Source: an uncultured Acidobacteriota bacterium (GTDB taxonomy: Bacteria > Acidobacteriota > UBA6911). From it: a stretch of DNA of 64,000 nt. The position numbers and the translations under genes were made by a program. The stretch is taken from positions 62,519 through 126,518 of the forward strand of contig CAWHCF010000032.1 in NCBI GenBank assembly GCA_963827655.1, written 5' to 3'. The notes under the pieces are model-generated. The model made no database searches. It had not been told where the DNA came from and saw nothing but the letters and a program-made list of their open reading frames with translations. Shown here piece after piece: positions 20,475 to 31,469 of the stretch (the first letter of the stretch is position 1; each line of letters begins with the position of its first letter).

Positions 20475-21353
20475 TCAGTGAGGCTGCCGTGGTCTCGGTT
20501 GCCCCACGGATTTTGCGGCCGGTTTCCTGGCAATGACCAGGAGGATGTCGAAGAGGTTGAGATAAATGGGAAAGTCCAGGCGCCCGCCGAGTGTCGCGAG
20601 CTGGTAGAGCCATCGAGTCTTCTTGTCCGGCAGCGCAAAGAGTCCGTACATCATGGCCCGAAAGCCGCGGGAGTATCCGGCGCAGGAAACGCTTTCAACC
20701 TGAAGACCTGCTTGCGCCAGAGCCTTGCCCAGCGTCGCCGCGGAGAAATAATAGAGATGCGTGGGTGGATGGATCTGGCGCCAGCGCTCCCCGCGGAGCC
20801 GGGCGAGCCGGCTTTCAATGTCCCCGGTTGTCAGGAGAAGCACTCCGCCCGGCTTGAGCCAGGTCGCCGCCTTCTGGAGGGTCAGGATGGGATGGGGAAG
20901 ATGCTCGATCGTGTCCCACAAGCAGATCACGTCCCAGCTCTCAGGCTCGTCAGGCAACGTGAGGAAGTCCTCCCGGAGAGCGTTCACGCCGATGACCTGT
21001 CGGGCATGATGGACGCCGGCGGCGGTGACGTCGATCCCTTTGACCTCCCAGTATTCTCTTGCCAGCTCCAGGAAGAAGCCGTAGGCGCACCCGAGCTCGA
21101 GCAAGCGGCCGGACGGCGCCAGGCGATGAAGTAGTTTGATATGTCTCCGGAAATTCCGCTGAATGATCTTCTTGTCACCGCGGTAGTCCAGGTACTCACC
21201 ACCGGAGAAGTATTCATCGCTGTAGAGATCGGCCGGCGGAGTGTTGCCCTCATAGAACACGAGCCCGCAGCCGGGACATTTGACGATGTCTTTGCCGGGG
21301 AACCAGCGGAGCATCGGTGAGGCATGTCCGCACAGGGCACAGGCGGGCTTCAA
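20475..21353 (-). CDS. Class I SAM-dependent methyltransferase with N-terminal CxxC pairs
   Basis: CALC, CPGC, LLELGCAYGFF, WDTIEHL, PPTHLYYFS; start overlaps upstream GT2 stop. Confidence 0.85.
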   Translation of the reverse strand: MKPACALCGHASPMLRWFPGKDIVKCPGCGLVFYEGNTPPADLYSDEYFSGGEYLDYRGDKKIIQRNFRRHIKLLHRLAPSGRLLELGCAYGFFLELAREYWEVKGIDVTAAGVHHARQVIGVNALREDFLTLPDEPESWDVICLWDTIEHLPHPILTLQKAATWLKPGGVLLLTTGDIESRLARLRGERWRQIHPPTHLYYFSAATLGKALAQAGLQVESVSCAGYSRGFRAMMYGLFALPDKKTRWLYQLATLGGRLDFPIYLNLFDILLVIARKPAAKSVGQPRPRQPH

Positions 21354-22327
21354 GATTTGGCCGACTCAGAAAACGGCACTCTCGCCGGGCGGCCCTCCGT
21401 GTTCCCGAGGCCGAGAGTGTCCCGAATCAGGTAGAGAGGACGCTGCTTTGTCTCCTCGTAGATCTTCCCGATGTAGACGCCGATAATGCCCATGATGATG
21501 AGCTGGATCCCGCCGACGAAAGACACAAGGATTATCAGAGAAGTCCAGCCTGGAACCACGTTGCCGGTGACGAGCCGCGCGTAGAGAACATAGAACATGT
21601 ACACGCAGCCGAGCAGAGCCATCAAGGCGCCGACGTATATGGCCATGTACAAAGGCGTCGCGGAGAAGGAGACGAGCCCGTCAATCGCAAAGCGCATCAT
21701 GCGGCGCGCGCTGTATTTGGATGTCCCGCTGTGCCGTGCCGGCGCCTCGTAAGGTACGGCGATGGAACGAAAACCTGCCCAGCCCACGAGACCGCGGAGA
21801 AATCGCGTTCTTTCCCGGATCTGACGAAAGGCCTCAACAACCCTGCGGTCCAGGAGACGGAAGTCGGCGGAGTTGGCCGGGACGTCGATTCCGCTCAAGG
21901 CACTAAATACTCGGTAGAAAAACTTCGCAGACCATCGCTTCAGCGTTGTCGCGTCTTGCGTGTCTTTGCGAATCGTGTAGACGACTTCGTAACCGTTCTT
22001 CCAGTGACCGAGAAATTCTCTGATCAGAGCCGGCGGATGCTGCAGGTCAGCATCCATCGCGATGACGGCGTCGCCCTGGGCATGGTCCATTCCGGCGGTC
22101 AGAGCTGTCTGGTGGCCGAAGTTTCGGGAGAGGGAGAGCAGTTTGACGCGGGGGTCGAAACGGTGAAGCGAGGCGATTTGATCGACCGAGGAATCCGTGC
22201 TGCCGTCGTCCACGAAAATAATCTCGAAGCCGCACGGCACGGATTCGAGTTCCGCAGCGACCCGCTGGTAGACCTCCCGGATGTTTGTTTCTTCATTGAA
22301 GACTGGAATGACAACCGAAAGCTCCAT
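21350..22327 (-). CDS. GT2 polyprenol-phosphate glycosyltransferase (GtrB/ArnC-like)
   Basis: LSVVIPVFNEE, FVDDGSTD, SRNFGHQ, MDADLQHPP, DFRLLDR, two C-terminal TM helices, RPLY. Confidence 0.92.
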   Translation of the reverse strand: MELSVVIPVFNEETNIREVYQRVAAELESVPCGFEIIFVDDGSTDSSVDQIASLHRFDPRVKLLSLSRNFGHQTALTAGMDHAQGDAVIAMDADLQHPPALIREFLGHWKNGYEVVYTIRKDTQDATTLKRWSAKFFYRVFSALSGIDVPANSADFRLLDRRVVEAFRQIRERTRFLRGLVGWAGFRSIAVPYEAPARHSGTSKYSARRMMRFAIDGLVSFSATPLYMAIYVGALMALLGCVYMFYVLYARLVTGNVVPGWTSLIILVSFVGGIQLIIMGIIGVYIGKIYEETKQRPLYLIRDTLGLGNTEGRPARVPFSESAKS

Positions 22328-22380
22328 AGGTCCGGAAGTTCAGTCTATTACTTTTAGTTGGCCGAATAGACGAAACAAAA

Positions 22381-22474
22381 TTCTTGGTGTTTCTTCGTGT
22401 CTTTGCGTCCTCGTGGTATTGTTTTGCAGTCTAACTAGACCACGAAGACATCAAAGACGCTAAGAGACGCGAAG
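22381..22474. repeat. Nonamer-based palindromic repeat
   Basis: TTCTTGGTGTTTCTTCGTGTCTTTGCGTCCTCGTGGT...ACCACGAAGACATCAAAGACGCTAAGAGACGCGAAG. Confidence 0.7.
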
Positions 22475-25216
22475 TAATCGGCGGCTCGGCGAAGGCCTTG
22501 TCATCACCATTGCGATTCCGAGGGCGGCGAGTGACAAGAGACTCACCGCGAGGCCCCACTGAAAGGTCTTCGACCGATAACGGAACTCGACCGTGTGTTT
22601 TCCGGCGGGGACGGGAACGGTTCTCAGGACATGATCTCCCCTGAGTATCGGCGCGGCTTTGCCGTCGATGAACGCTTCCCATCCTGGGTAGAAGACCTCA
22701 CTCAACACTACGAAGGAGGGGCGCGCGAGTTCTACCGCGACTGTCACCCTGTGAGGCTCGTGCAACATTATCGTGGCAGTGCCGGCGGGCGGCTCGCCTG
22801 GGCCCGGGGTCAGCCGGGCGATCCGGAGCGAATCTATGTTTGCGCTGCACGCCTCGGTCTTGCTGATCGAGAGACGGTATTCCTCGGGCGCGAGCGGGCC
22901 CAGATCGACAGCAGCCCGGCGCGGCAACTCCGTTTCGCGTGCGAGGTCCAGCGCTCCTGGCAGCTCCACCTTGATCTCCGATGCCTCGCGCGGGCTCTCG
23001 AGCGCGAGCGCGAGGCGCGAGCTGTCAGGGCCGGTGGGATAGTAATCGAAGATGACGAAGCAGTGCTCCAGCCGTGTCTCCGGCCGCAAAGAAATCGACA
23101 ACTCATCCCCAACGCTCCAGCCCCACGGAGCCTCGCGTCCGAATTGCTCCAGGCGCTCATTCTCGTCGCGCGCAGTTTGTGCCTTCTTCTGCGAGATCGT
23201 CCGGTGCGATCGAATGCGCACCTGTATTCCGTCATCTTCGTTGCGAACGCCTTCGAGCCAAGAGGGCGGGAGCCGGCTGGCTTCTTCCTCGGTCAGCAAG
23301 ACGGTTTCGCGCGGATTCAATAGCGGGCTCTTGAGCCACTCGAGCAACTCCGGTCCGGACCGGAACGCGCGATATTGCGAAACCACGAATGCTCTGGGAA
23401 CGGCTCGGACATTGCGATAGATCGGCTGCTCCCCGTCCAGCACCTTGCTCATTCCGGGCACGGGAACGCGGCTCACAACATAACGGACGTTCAGAAGGGC
23501 CGACGCGTTCGACGCCGGAGCCCACCCGGTACCGCGAAAATCGAAATAATCCACGAGGCCGGTTGCGCCGTACCCCATGGTGGCGTCGAGTCGAAGGACG
23601 TCTCCGTAGTTCCGCGGGAAATTGACATCAGGGTCGTCCACCCGGAAGAATTCCTGGTTTCGCAGCGCTCGGAGGTGCTCCATCGCGGGAGTCTTCTTCC
23701 AGACAAACCGGATGTCGGCGTCTTCCCACCTGGATGGGCGGTTCTTCTCCGCGGCGCTCCGGGAGATCTGCGACGAAAGATCCAGGCAGACGGCGGCGAT
23801 CATCAGCCCTCGAAAGAGAGGCGCCTGGATTCTACCGGTATGCAGCATGAAGAGGGCCAGTCCCAGCACAAACAGGAAGGTGGCAAGCCCCGCGCACGCC
23901 GTTACGTACGGATGATCGAAACTCACGTCTTTGAGGAAACGGAGCCCAGCCAGGACGCCCGCCGAGCCTGCGACCAGGACCGAGATTCCCCAACCCGCTC
24001 GCCGGACGAATTCTCCGACACCGGCGTCCCGGTCTCCCGTATACGCCGCCACCAGGTGATCGAGCCCCCAACCTGCCAGCAACGCGATGCAAGCCTGGAA
24101 CAGGACCAGGTAATAGTGGACTTCACGCGCGAACCAGAGGCCTGGGAGGAACGTGTTCACCCAGCCGTGGAGCGCCGAGAACTGACCCCAGCTCAGAAAG
24201 AAGTAAGCGATGGCCGCAAACGTGAAGAATTGCGCCTCGCGCTGGCGTACGAAAAGGATCCCCAGCAGCGCCAGGAAGACGACCACACAACCAGTGTACA
24301 TGTTGGCGCCAGTGCTGAGGTATGGGAATACCAGCGAAAGCATATCCTGTGGGAGGATGTTCGGCGCGCGCTGGAGTCTCGAGTAGGGAATCCTGTCACC
24401 CAATCGGACCGGGTCCCCTTCACCGACCCAGCGATAGACGTGCCGCGCCCATTCGGCCGACGGGAGCCATTGCAAGGCGGTGATTAAAGCCGCGATGATT
24501 CCGACCGAACCGAGGATGACGAGTGGCCCGATCCAGCTTTTCCTGGCGGATCCTCTCCAGTCCCGAATCACCACGAAGACGGCATAGCCCGCCAGTAGCA
24601 ATGCCGTGTGCACCGCCGGGACGTGATGGCCGGGAAGGAAAGTAAGCGCCAGACACGATCCGCTCGCGAGTGTCCAGCGGCAGCGACGCTTCCAGGGAGC
24701 GCTGGTCAGCGCCTTATGAAAACAGAGTAATACGAGCGGCATCCACACGAAACCGCTGAACGCATTGACATATCCGCCGAGCTGAGCTGTGTACCCCCCC
24801 AGCGCGAAGCTGATTCCGGCAAGCGCCGCTCCATATGGGCTCAGCGCGAGCGAGCGCGCGAGCAGATAAAAGAAATAGGCGGCAAGCAGATAGTCCAGGA
24901 TTAACAGTGCCTGCAGTCCGTCGAGGTTGATTCCTCCGCTTCGGGCAGGCAGAAGCATGAAAACCCAATTGAGGGGGTAGAATATTCCCGGCTGGGGTTC
25001 CCCCATGAAAGACTTGCCCGCGTAAACATACGGATCCCACAGGAGGAAAACACCCTTCTTGAGCCAGTACGCCGAAACGTCGAACCACGGGAAATACAGC
25101 GAGTTCATGTCGCCGCCGGCCAGGAGTGTGAAGTCGCCGTGAAAGATCACTTTCCAGAAGGCGAGGAGCACCACCGCAATGAAAAACAGGAGAGGATAGA
25201 TCGGTCGAAGACTCAT
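22460..25216 (-). CDS. YfhO-family membrane glycosyltransferase (GT-C)
   Basis: LWDPYVYAGKSFMGEPQPGIFYP, about 13 hydrophobic segments, LLNVRYVV, VPRAFVV, VLSEVFYPGWEAFIDG, VPAGKHTVEFRY. Confidence 0.85.
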   Translation of the reverse strand: MSLRPIYPLLFFIAVVLLAFWKVIFHGDFTLLAGGDMNSLYFPWFDVSAYWLKKGVFLLWDPYVYAGKSFMGEPQPGIFYPLNWVFMLLPARSGGINLDGLQALLILDYLLAAYFFYLLARSLALSPYGAALAGISFALGGYTAQLGGYVNAFSGFVWMPLVLLCFHKALTSAPWKRRCRWTLASGSCLALTFLPGHHVPAVHTALLLAGYAVFVVIRDWRGSARKSWIGPLVILGSVGIIAALITALQWLPSAEWARHVYRWVGEGDPVRLGDRIPYSRLQRAPNILPQDMLSLVFPYLSTGANMYTGCVVVFLALLGILFVRQREAQFFTFAAIAYFFLSWGQFSALHGWVNTFLPGLWFAREVHYYLVLFQACIALLAGWGLDHLVAAYTGDRDAGVGEFVRRAGWGISVLVAGSAGVLAGLRFLKDVSFDHPYVTACAGLATFLFVLGLALFMLHTGRIQAPLFRGLMIAAVCLDLSSQISRSAAEKNRPSRWEDADIRFVWKKTPAMEHLRALRNQEFFRVDDPDVNFPRNYGDVLRLDATMGYGATGLVDYFDFRGTGWAPASNASALLNVRYVVSRVPVPGMSKVLDGEQPIYRNVRAVPRAFVVSQYRAFRSGPELLEWLKSPLLNPRETVLLTEEEASRLPPSWLEGVRNEDDGIQVRIRSHRTISQKKAQTARDENERLEQFGREAPWGWSVGDELSISLRPETRLEHCFVIFDYYPTGPDSSRLALALESPREASEIKVELPGALDLARETELPRRAAVDLGPLAPEEYRLSISKTEACSANIDSLRIARLTPGPGEPPAGTATIMLHEPHRVTVAVELARPSFVVLSEVFYPGWEAFIDGKAAPILRGDHVLRTVPVPAGKHTVEFRYRSKTFQWGLAVSLLSLAALGIAMVMTRPSPSRRLLRVS

Positions 25217-25315
25217 CCGCGGCGGGCTTCAGAGGGAAGAATCATGATGGGGTCGAAACTAGGTCTTCGTGCCCTTTGCATTACTACGCCGTAACTTCTT
25301 GCTTTTTTGGCAAGA

Positions 25316-25490
25316 TTCTTGGTGTTTCTTCGTGTCTTTGAGTCTTCGTGGTATTTGTTAGACAGCTCTAACCACAAAGACACGAAGACACAAAGAAACA
25401 CTAAGAGCACTTCGGTTGCGGCCTCATGGCCGCTTGAGTCTTAGTGGTTTGGTTTGTTCGACCGCACTAACCACTAAGACGCGAAGCGCG
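25316..25490. repeat. Two nonamer-based palindromic repeats
   Basis: TTCTTGGTGTTTCTTCGTGTCTTTGAGTCTTCGTGGT...ACCACAAAGACACGAAGACACAAAGAAACACTAAGA, then GTCTTAGTGGTT...AACCACTAAGAC. Confidence 0.75.
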
Positions 25491-25524
25491 GCGGGCGCTA
25501 CATCGGCGGATCCCGGAAACGGAA

Positions 25525-28500
25525 TCAGAAATACACCTTTACTGCAAGCTGGATGATCCGCGGGTCGCGCGCGCCGTTGTATTCACCGAAGTACGTTCCG
25601 AGCACCGCGGTGCTACCGGACGGGCGCGTGTTATTGGTGACCGACAGTTTGGTGTAGTCGTTGAAGATGTTCGCGCCGGTTGCGCCTGCCGAGTTGGTAA
25701 CATTGGTGGTCCGGTTCACGCCCGAGAACTGGGTGTGGTTCAGGAAGTTGAACATCTCGAGACGCAGCTGCACGAACCGTTTCTCATCCCCCTTGAGCGG
25801 GAAGTTCTTCAGAATCGAAAGATCGTGGACGTTGAATCCCGGGTTACGCAGGTACATCCGCGGGAATGGACCTTTGTCTCCGATTCCAGGGACGGTAAAC
25901 GCCGCCGAGTTGATCTCGTTGGGGGCGCCCTGCGGGTTCCCGGTCACGTAGAAGCGGGGCTGCTGGCCCGACAGGTTGCCGGTGCTGTAAGCCCCGAGGA
26001 TGCGGTTGCCGGTGTCCTGACCGGTTACCGTAAGGCCGAGCTCTGCCGGGTTTCCGGAAGCGATCGACGAGACCCCGGAGATCACCCAGTTGTCACCCAC
26101 AGCGCGAGAAAGCCAGTTGTCGCCCAGGAACCCGCTCCCCGGCGGCAGATTCCAGACGTAGTTGGCCGCGAAGTAGTGCGGGCGGTCGAAGCCGGCAAGG
26201 GCGTAGTCGTAGCCCCGCGGGTCGGTCGCGTGGGTGAACGTGGTTTCGTCCGAGATCGTAGTCTTGGTCCTCGAAAACGTATACGCTACGCCGAGGCTCA
26301 GGCGTCGAGCGAAGCGCCGCTGCAGCGAAACCTGCAGAGAGTCGTAGGTCGAATTGGCGTCGAAGGAGTTGTAGGTGATGTCGCTATAGCCCTGGTAGGG
26401 CCGCAGGAAGTCGGCCGGAAGCGCGAACTGGCCGCTGAATGCCAGGCCGGCAGCCTGGTGGGCTGCGGGCAGGTTCGGTTCCGCGGACGGTATCACGCCG
26501 CCGGAGAACCTGGTGGGGTCCTGCCCCCCCGCCAGGAACGTCGTCCCGTAGGATATGGAGTTCAGGTTTCTCCTGCGCGGAAGGTGACGAGCCTGGGTTC
26601 CCACGTATGCCACATCGAGGACGGTATCCTTGAACAGCTCCTGCTGTATGCCAATGCTGTAGCTGTAGGTGACGGGCCAGTCTCCGACCTGGTCGACGCC
26701 GAAGATCGCCGAAGGAGAGAGCGCGCCACTTCCGCCGCTCTGGATCTCCTGCAGATAGCCAAAATTCAGGGTCGGGTTAAAGACATAGGGGGGGTTCGCG
26801 GCACCGCCGCCGTTGACGTCGCTGCGGTACCGATCATAGAAGGAGCCAAAGCCTCCCCGAACGACTGTCTTCCCGTTCCCGGAGGGGTTCCAGGCCACCC
26901 CCACCCTCGGCTGCCACAGAATCCCTTGACTATCGAGGCCGCCAGGCGGATAGCCGGCCGTCGTCTGGCCGAGACCGTTGGTGAGGTCTCCGGAGCTCGG
27001 TACCAGTTTTCCGACAAGGTATCCTGGCTGCGTGTTGGCAAGCGTGGGCGGGCCGGCGACGGCCGGGTCCAACGCCCGGTACGCCGCCTGCCCTGATGCG
27101 CAGGTGGCTGCGCCGACGCAGGCAGGACGAAAGATGCGAGGGGCCTTGTTGGGATCGAACAGACCGGAGTTGAAGATGCTCTCCGGGCCCACGATGTTGT
27201 GATACGGCTCGTAGTACGAGAACCGCATTCCAAGATCGAGCGTCACCCGCGGACTGAGCTTCCACGTGTCCTGGATGTATCCTGAGATGTCCTGATAGAA
27301 GTAGCTCTGGAGCACTTTTCGTGCTGGCCTGGGTGTACGAACTGTAGATGCCCAGGAGGGCGTTCGAGAACGGGTAGCCCGTGTTGAGCGGGTTGGAGGC
27401 GTTGTTCGAGAAGTCGATGTCGCTCTGGACGCGGTTCTGGGAGTTGCTCGCGTTCGAAGCGCGTTGATAGAAGAACCCGAACTTCCACGTGTGGTTTCCC
27501 CTCACCTTCGTGAGGTTGTCGAGGAAATTATTGATGACAAACCGCTGGTCGAACGTCCCGAACACCATGGTGTTTCCGACGGTTGCAACGCTGGCGATAC
27601 CTCCCAGCATGATGCTTGGGATCAGATTGGGGGTATTGGCGTCGGGGTAGAGGAGCGGCGTATTGATCCCGGTCGTCGTGCGGGTCGCCCTGTCGTCGGC
27701 CGGCGCGATGGTCACACCCCCGCGGCCGGTTCCGAAGACGAACTCGTTGACCAGCGTCGGATTGAAGCTGTGGGTGAGAGTGAAGGACAGAACGTTCCCC
27801 GGTCCGTTCTTGCGATCCGTCACGGTCAGCGGCCAGTTCCACGACGCAGTCGTGGTCCCGTATGCAAACTGCTGGTCGTCGTAGTTGTAGACCCAGCGTC
27901 CGCTCAAGCGGGTCGCAGCCGCGATCTGCCAGTCAATCCGAAGAATGTTCTCCCGGCGCGGGTAGGAGCTGGGCACCTGCGAGGTGTAGTTGTAGACATT
28001 ACCGCCCGCGGTGGTGTTCGGGTCGGGGAAGAGCCGGAGGATCGCCTGGCCTGGGCCGTACAGCCGGCTGGAGGGAATGACGTTGCCCGGGAACGCCTGG
28101 CCGGTCTGCGGATCGACTATCGTGATCGCCCGACCGCTGCCGTCGACGGAGCCGGCGAAGTTTCCGGCGCGTTCAGCCGGAGTCGGCACGCGGATGTTCA
28201 TCGACGCGAGCTGAGGAACCAGCTGGTCGTAGTATTCCTGGTTGATGAAGAAGAACAATTTCCCCTTGCCGACCAGCGGGACCGGGCCGCCGAAGTCCCA
28301 ACCGTAGAAGTTGTAGCGATACAGCGGGCGCGGGACATTGCGCGCGTTGTTGAAGAAGTTGTTGGCGTTGAGGCTGTCGTGGCGGCGGAAGTAACGCCCG
28401 GACCCATGGTACTCGTTGCTCCCGGAGCGGGTCGTGAGCGCGATGAACCCTCCAGCCGAGCGGCCGTATTCCGCCGAGTAGTTCGAGGTCAGGATACGGA

Positions 28501-29179
28501 CCTCTTCGAGCGCGTCGGGGTTGACGGAGACCAGCGCCCCGGTGTTGTTGCCGAGGTTGTAGTTGGTCACGCCGTCGACGGTATATTCGTGCATCGTATT
28601 GCGCGTGCCGTTGACGGTGAAACTCCCGGTGATGTTCGTAACGGTGGAGGCTCCGCTGCCCGAGGCGGCGCCACCGGAGATCACTCCCGGAACCAGCTTT
28701 GCCAGATCGATTACGTTGCGGCCATTGAGCCCGATGTTGCGGAGCTGTTTCCCGGTAAGGAGGTCCGATCGCTCGCCCGACTCGGACTGAATCTGGAGCC
28801 GCCCCGTGTCGGCCTCGACCGTCACGGTTTCGCTCACGTTCCCGACCGCGAGAACGAAGTCACCGACGTTAACCTTCGCCGCGCTCGGGAGAATGACGTC
28901 GCTCTTCTCTGTCTTCTTGAAACCCGGCAGCTCGACCGAGATCGTGTACGTTCCCGGCGGAAGCTGCGGGAAGACGAAGACTCCGTCCGGATTGGTCAGC
29001 GCGGTCTGACTGATCGCCTGCCCGGGATTGACGAGGATAACGGTCGCTCCGGGCAGGACGGCGTCGCTACTGTCCTTGACTGTGCCGGTAATCGTGCTTG
29101 CGCTCTGCGCGAGAGCAGCGGCGGCCATAGAGACCATCAACAAGATCGTCGCAATTCCAACCCTCAGAGTTCCGGTCAT
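25525..29179 (-). CDS. TonB-dependent receptor, Oar-like, with carboxypeptidase-regulatory-like N-domain; apparent +1 frameshift at an A-run near 27315
   Basis: ITGTVKDSSDAVLPGATV, LPPGTYTISVELPGF, NPDALEEVRILTSNYSAEYGR, YIQDTWK, RLEMFNFLNHTQF, C-terminal PRIIQLAVKVYF. Confidence 0.92.
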
Positions 29180-29332
29180 AGACTCCTCCTTCTTCGCCCC
29201 ATTCTGAGCTCTTCTCACCGTGTCGAACTTGAATCTGAATACTGACAGCTAAGCACGCTTGAGTTTCGCGAGTCAAAAGGAAAAACGAAATCTATAATAT
29301 TGTGCCGTGGTTCGGCTGAAGGACCCAGGTCG

Positions 29333-29467
29333 TGGTCATTGGTCATTATTTTTCATTAGTCATTTGTCATTTCATGGATTCTTCATTCGTCGCCGCATGT
29401 GATGGTCCAATCAACGGGAAACCCCAAAATGACAAATGTACAAATGACCAATGACCAATGACCAATG
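29333..29467. repeat. Inverted pair of heptamer tandem arrays (STRR2-like TT(G/T)GTCA)
   Basis: Left TGGTCATTGGTCATT...TCATTTGTCATTT; right AAATGACAAATG...AATGACCAATGACCAATGACCAATG. Confidence 0.75.
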
Positions 29468-29547
29468 CCTTGGTCGATCCGGTCGCGGTGCTGCGGCAGG
29501 ATTGAACGGGCGTCTATTCGATGTTGTGAATAAGGAAGGCTCCGCGG

Positions 29548-30732
29548 TTATCCGACAGCGGAAATGAACGCCTGGGCGAGCTCCTCGGGCGGGCGCCTAT
29601 TGAGCGTTTCATTGACGTTCATCAGGATCATCTTTCCGGAGGGCTGCGGATCGCGAATAAATATGTTCGCGTCCGCCAGTTTCTTCTGCGCCGCCTTGAG
29701 ATCATTCACCTGAAAGTGGAGTGCGAACACGTTGCTCCCCGAAGGAATTCGCTCCACACGGAAGCGCGGATGCTCGGAGAGCTTGCGCAGCATGACTTCG
29801 GATGCCTGAACCGCGTTTTTGAACCGATGGTCGAATCCCTTCGCGAAATGAAGGGCCACGGCGGCGTACTGCCACGCCTGGAACATTCCACCGCCGAACT
29901 GCCGGCGCGTGAAAGCCATGTTTTCCAGAAGACTGCGCGGACCCGCCAGAATCGCGCCGGCTCCGGCGTTGAAGTACTTGTATAGAGAGACGTACACCGT
30001 GTCGAACAGCGCGGAGTATTCCGCAGGCGAGATCCCGGTATAGGCTGAAGCCAGGAACAGTCGCGCTCCGTCCAGATGAAGGCCGATCTTCCTGGTGCGC
30101 GCGAAGGCCGAGATCTTCTTCATCTCGGCGAAATCAAAAACCTCGCCCGATTTGCGCCGCACCGGGCTCTCGATGGAAATCGCCCCGACGGGTACGGGAA
30201 GCGGCCCCCCGTCGAAACCGCGCATCTCCGCCTCAACCTCTTGAAGGGAAAACGTCGATCTGTCGGCGGCCAGGGGTACGAGGGTGAGGCCGCTAAGCAG
30301 CTGCGCGAAGTCCCCCTCGTCCTTGTAAAGGTGGCTCTCCCTCTGGACCAGCACCCGCCGGCGTTCGCCGGCCAGGAGCCGAATGGCGAGATTGTTGGCC
30401 AGTGTTCCGGTTGGAAGAAACACGGCGTGTTCCTTTCCCAGCACGCTCGCCATGTGCTTTTCCAGCTCGGCCACCGGTCCCCCTTCGCAGTAGACATCTC
30501 GCTGCAGTTTCTGCTCGTCGCACAGCCGCGCAAGCAATTGCGCATACTCCGCGGCAGTGAGGCCCAGGCCATCCCCTGAGAAAACGACGCGCGGCTTTGA
30601 GCTGCCTTCCGGTGATTCCCAGCCCGACCCGAGGCTCTCATCGGCAGCGCAGACTGCGAGCGGAGCAGCCGGAATGGCGATCGTCGAGAGCAATCCCGTA
30701 GAAAGAAATTGACGGCGGTTCAGGCTTTGCAT
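29548..30732 (-). CDS. Threonine aldolase-family PLP enzyme with Tat-like signal
   Basis: MQSLNRRQFL; FLPTGTLAN, ESHLY, LHLDGARL, PLP lysine in SLYKYF, GAILAG. Confidence 0.85.
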   Translation of the reverse strand: MQSLNRRQFLSTGLLSTIAIPAAPLAVCAADESLGSGWESPEGSSKPRVVFSGDGLGLTAAEYAQLLARLCDEQKLQRDVYCEGGPVAELEKHMASVLGKEHAVFLPTGTLANNLAIRLLAGERRRVLVQRESHLYKDEGDFAQLLSGLTLVPLAADRSTFSLQEVEAEMRGFDGGPLPVPVGAISIESPVRRKSGEVFDFAEMKKISAFARTRKIGLHLDGARLFLASAYTGISPAEYSALFDTVYVSLYKYFNAGAGAILAGPRSLLENMAFTRRQFGGGMFQAWQYAAVALHFAKGFDHRFKNAVQASEVMLRKLSEHPRFRVERIPSGSNVFALHFQVNDLKAAQKKLADANIFIRDPQPSGKMILMNVNETLNRRPPEELAQAFISAVG

Positions 30733-30937
30733 GTCGGATCCTCCCTGAAGTCTGTCCTGGAGAAATAATTCGGGGACAGTCACCGAATAAGCGCAAGAAT
30801 ACTAGGGGGGAGCCGGGTCCAACAAGGGAATTCGGGTACGCCAGGAAACGTTGTGGGAGTCGCGAAGCGCGCGATGGCTCTGAATCCATACACGCATCTT
30901 GGTATTGGTCCAGACACGAAACTGGTTACGCAAAACT

Positions 30938-31162
30938 CGCGCCCTGAAAGGGCGATGGAAATTAGCCGGGGGCAAGCGGAGCGCTGCCCCCGGGTCAGCA
31001 CACGACCAAAGAGACCCGCCCCGGAGGGGCGCTGGACGCTGCCCCTCAAGGGTCCTGCGGCCCTCAGCGGCGCGCTAGACTATAAACCGCCACAGGATGC
31101 TCCCGGGCTAAGCGCACTCGCTTGCCCCGCGGCTAAGTTTGCGATCGCCCCCTCCGGATGCC
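30938..31162. repeat. Large palindromic REP-cluster-like element
   Basis: Hairpins CGCCCTGAAAGGGCG and CGCCCCGGAGGGGCG; outer arms TTAGCCGGGGGCAAGCG and CGCTTGCCCCGCGGCTAA are complementary. Confidence 0.65.
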
Positions 31163-31469
31163 AAGTCGCCGAGAGCGATGAGATGCGTGTAAAGTTAAGA
31201 GCAAGCTTGCGCACTCCAAAGAGACGAACAAGGGATAATTTTCCGGCAGAGTGTCGATTCGGGCGCTCGCCGTTCGACGTACGGATGGAGGCCGCATCTT
31301 AAAATGCGCGACGTATCCCACGTCGAGAAGCGCTTCATTCCGCGTCAGGTCCCGCGCAAAAGCCGGCGGTCGCTGCTTTGAGGTAATGCCGGTCTTCCTT
31401 CATCCACGATAACTGCCGGCCTGCGGAACGTTCGCTGCCCGCCGTCTGGTAACATATGGGCAACGCGCC

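Noticed and set aside
22381-25490. Nonamer repeats as a CRISPR array
   Set aside because: They are short tandem units in inverted arms, with no constant repeat/unique spacer periodicity and no cas genes
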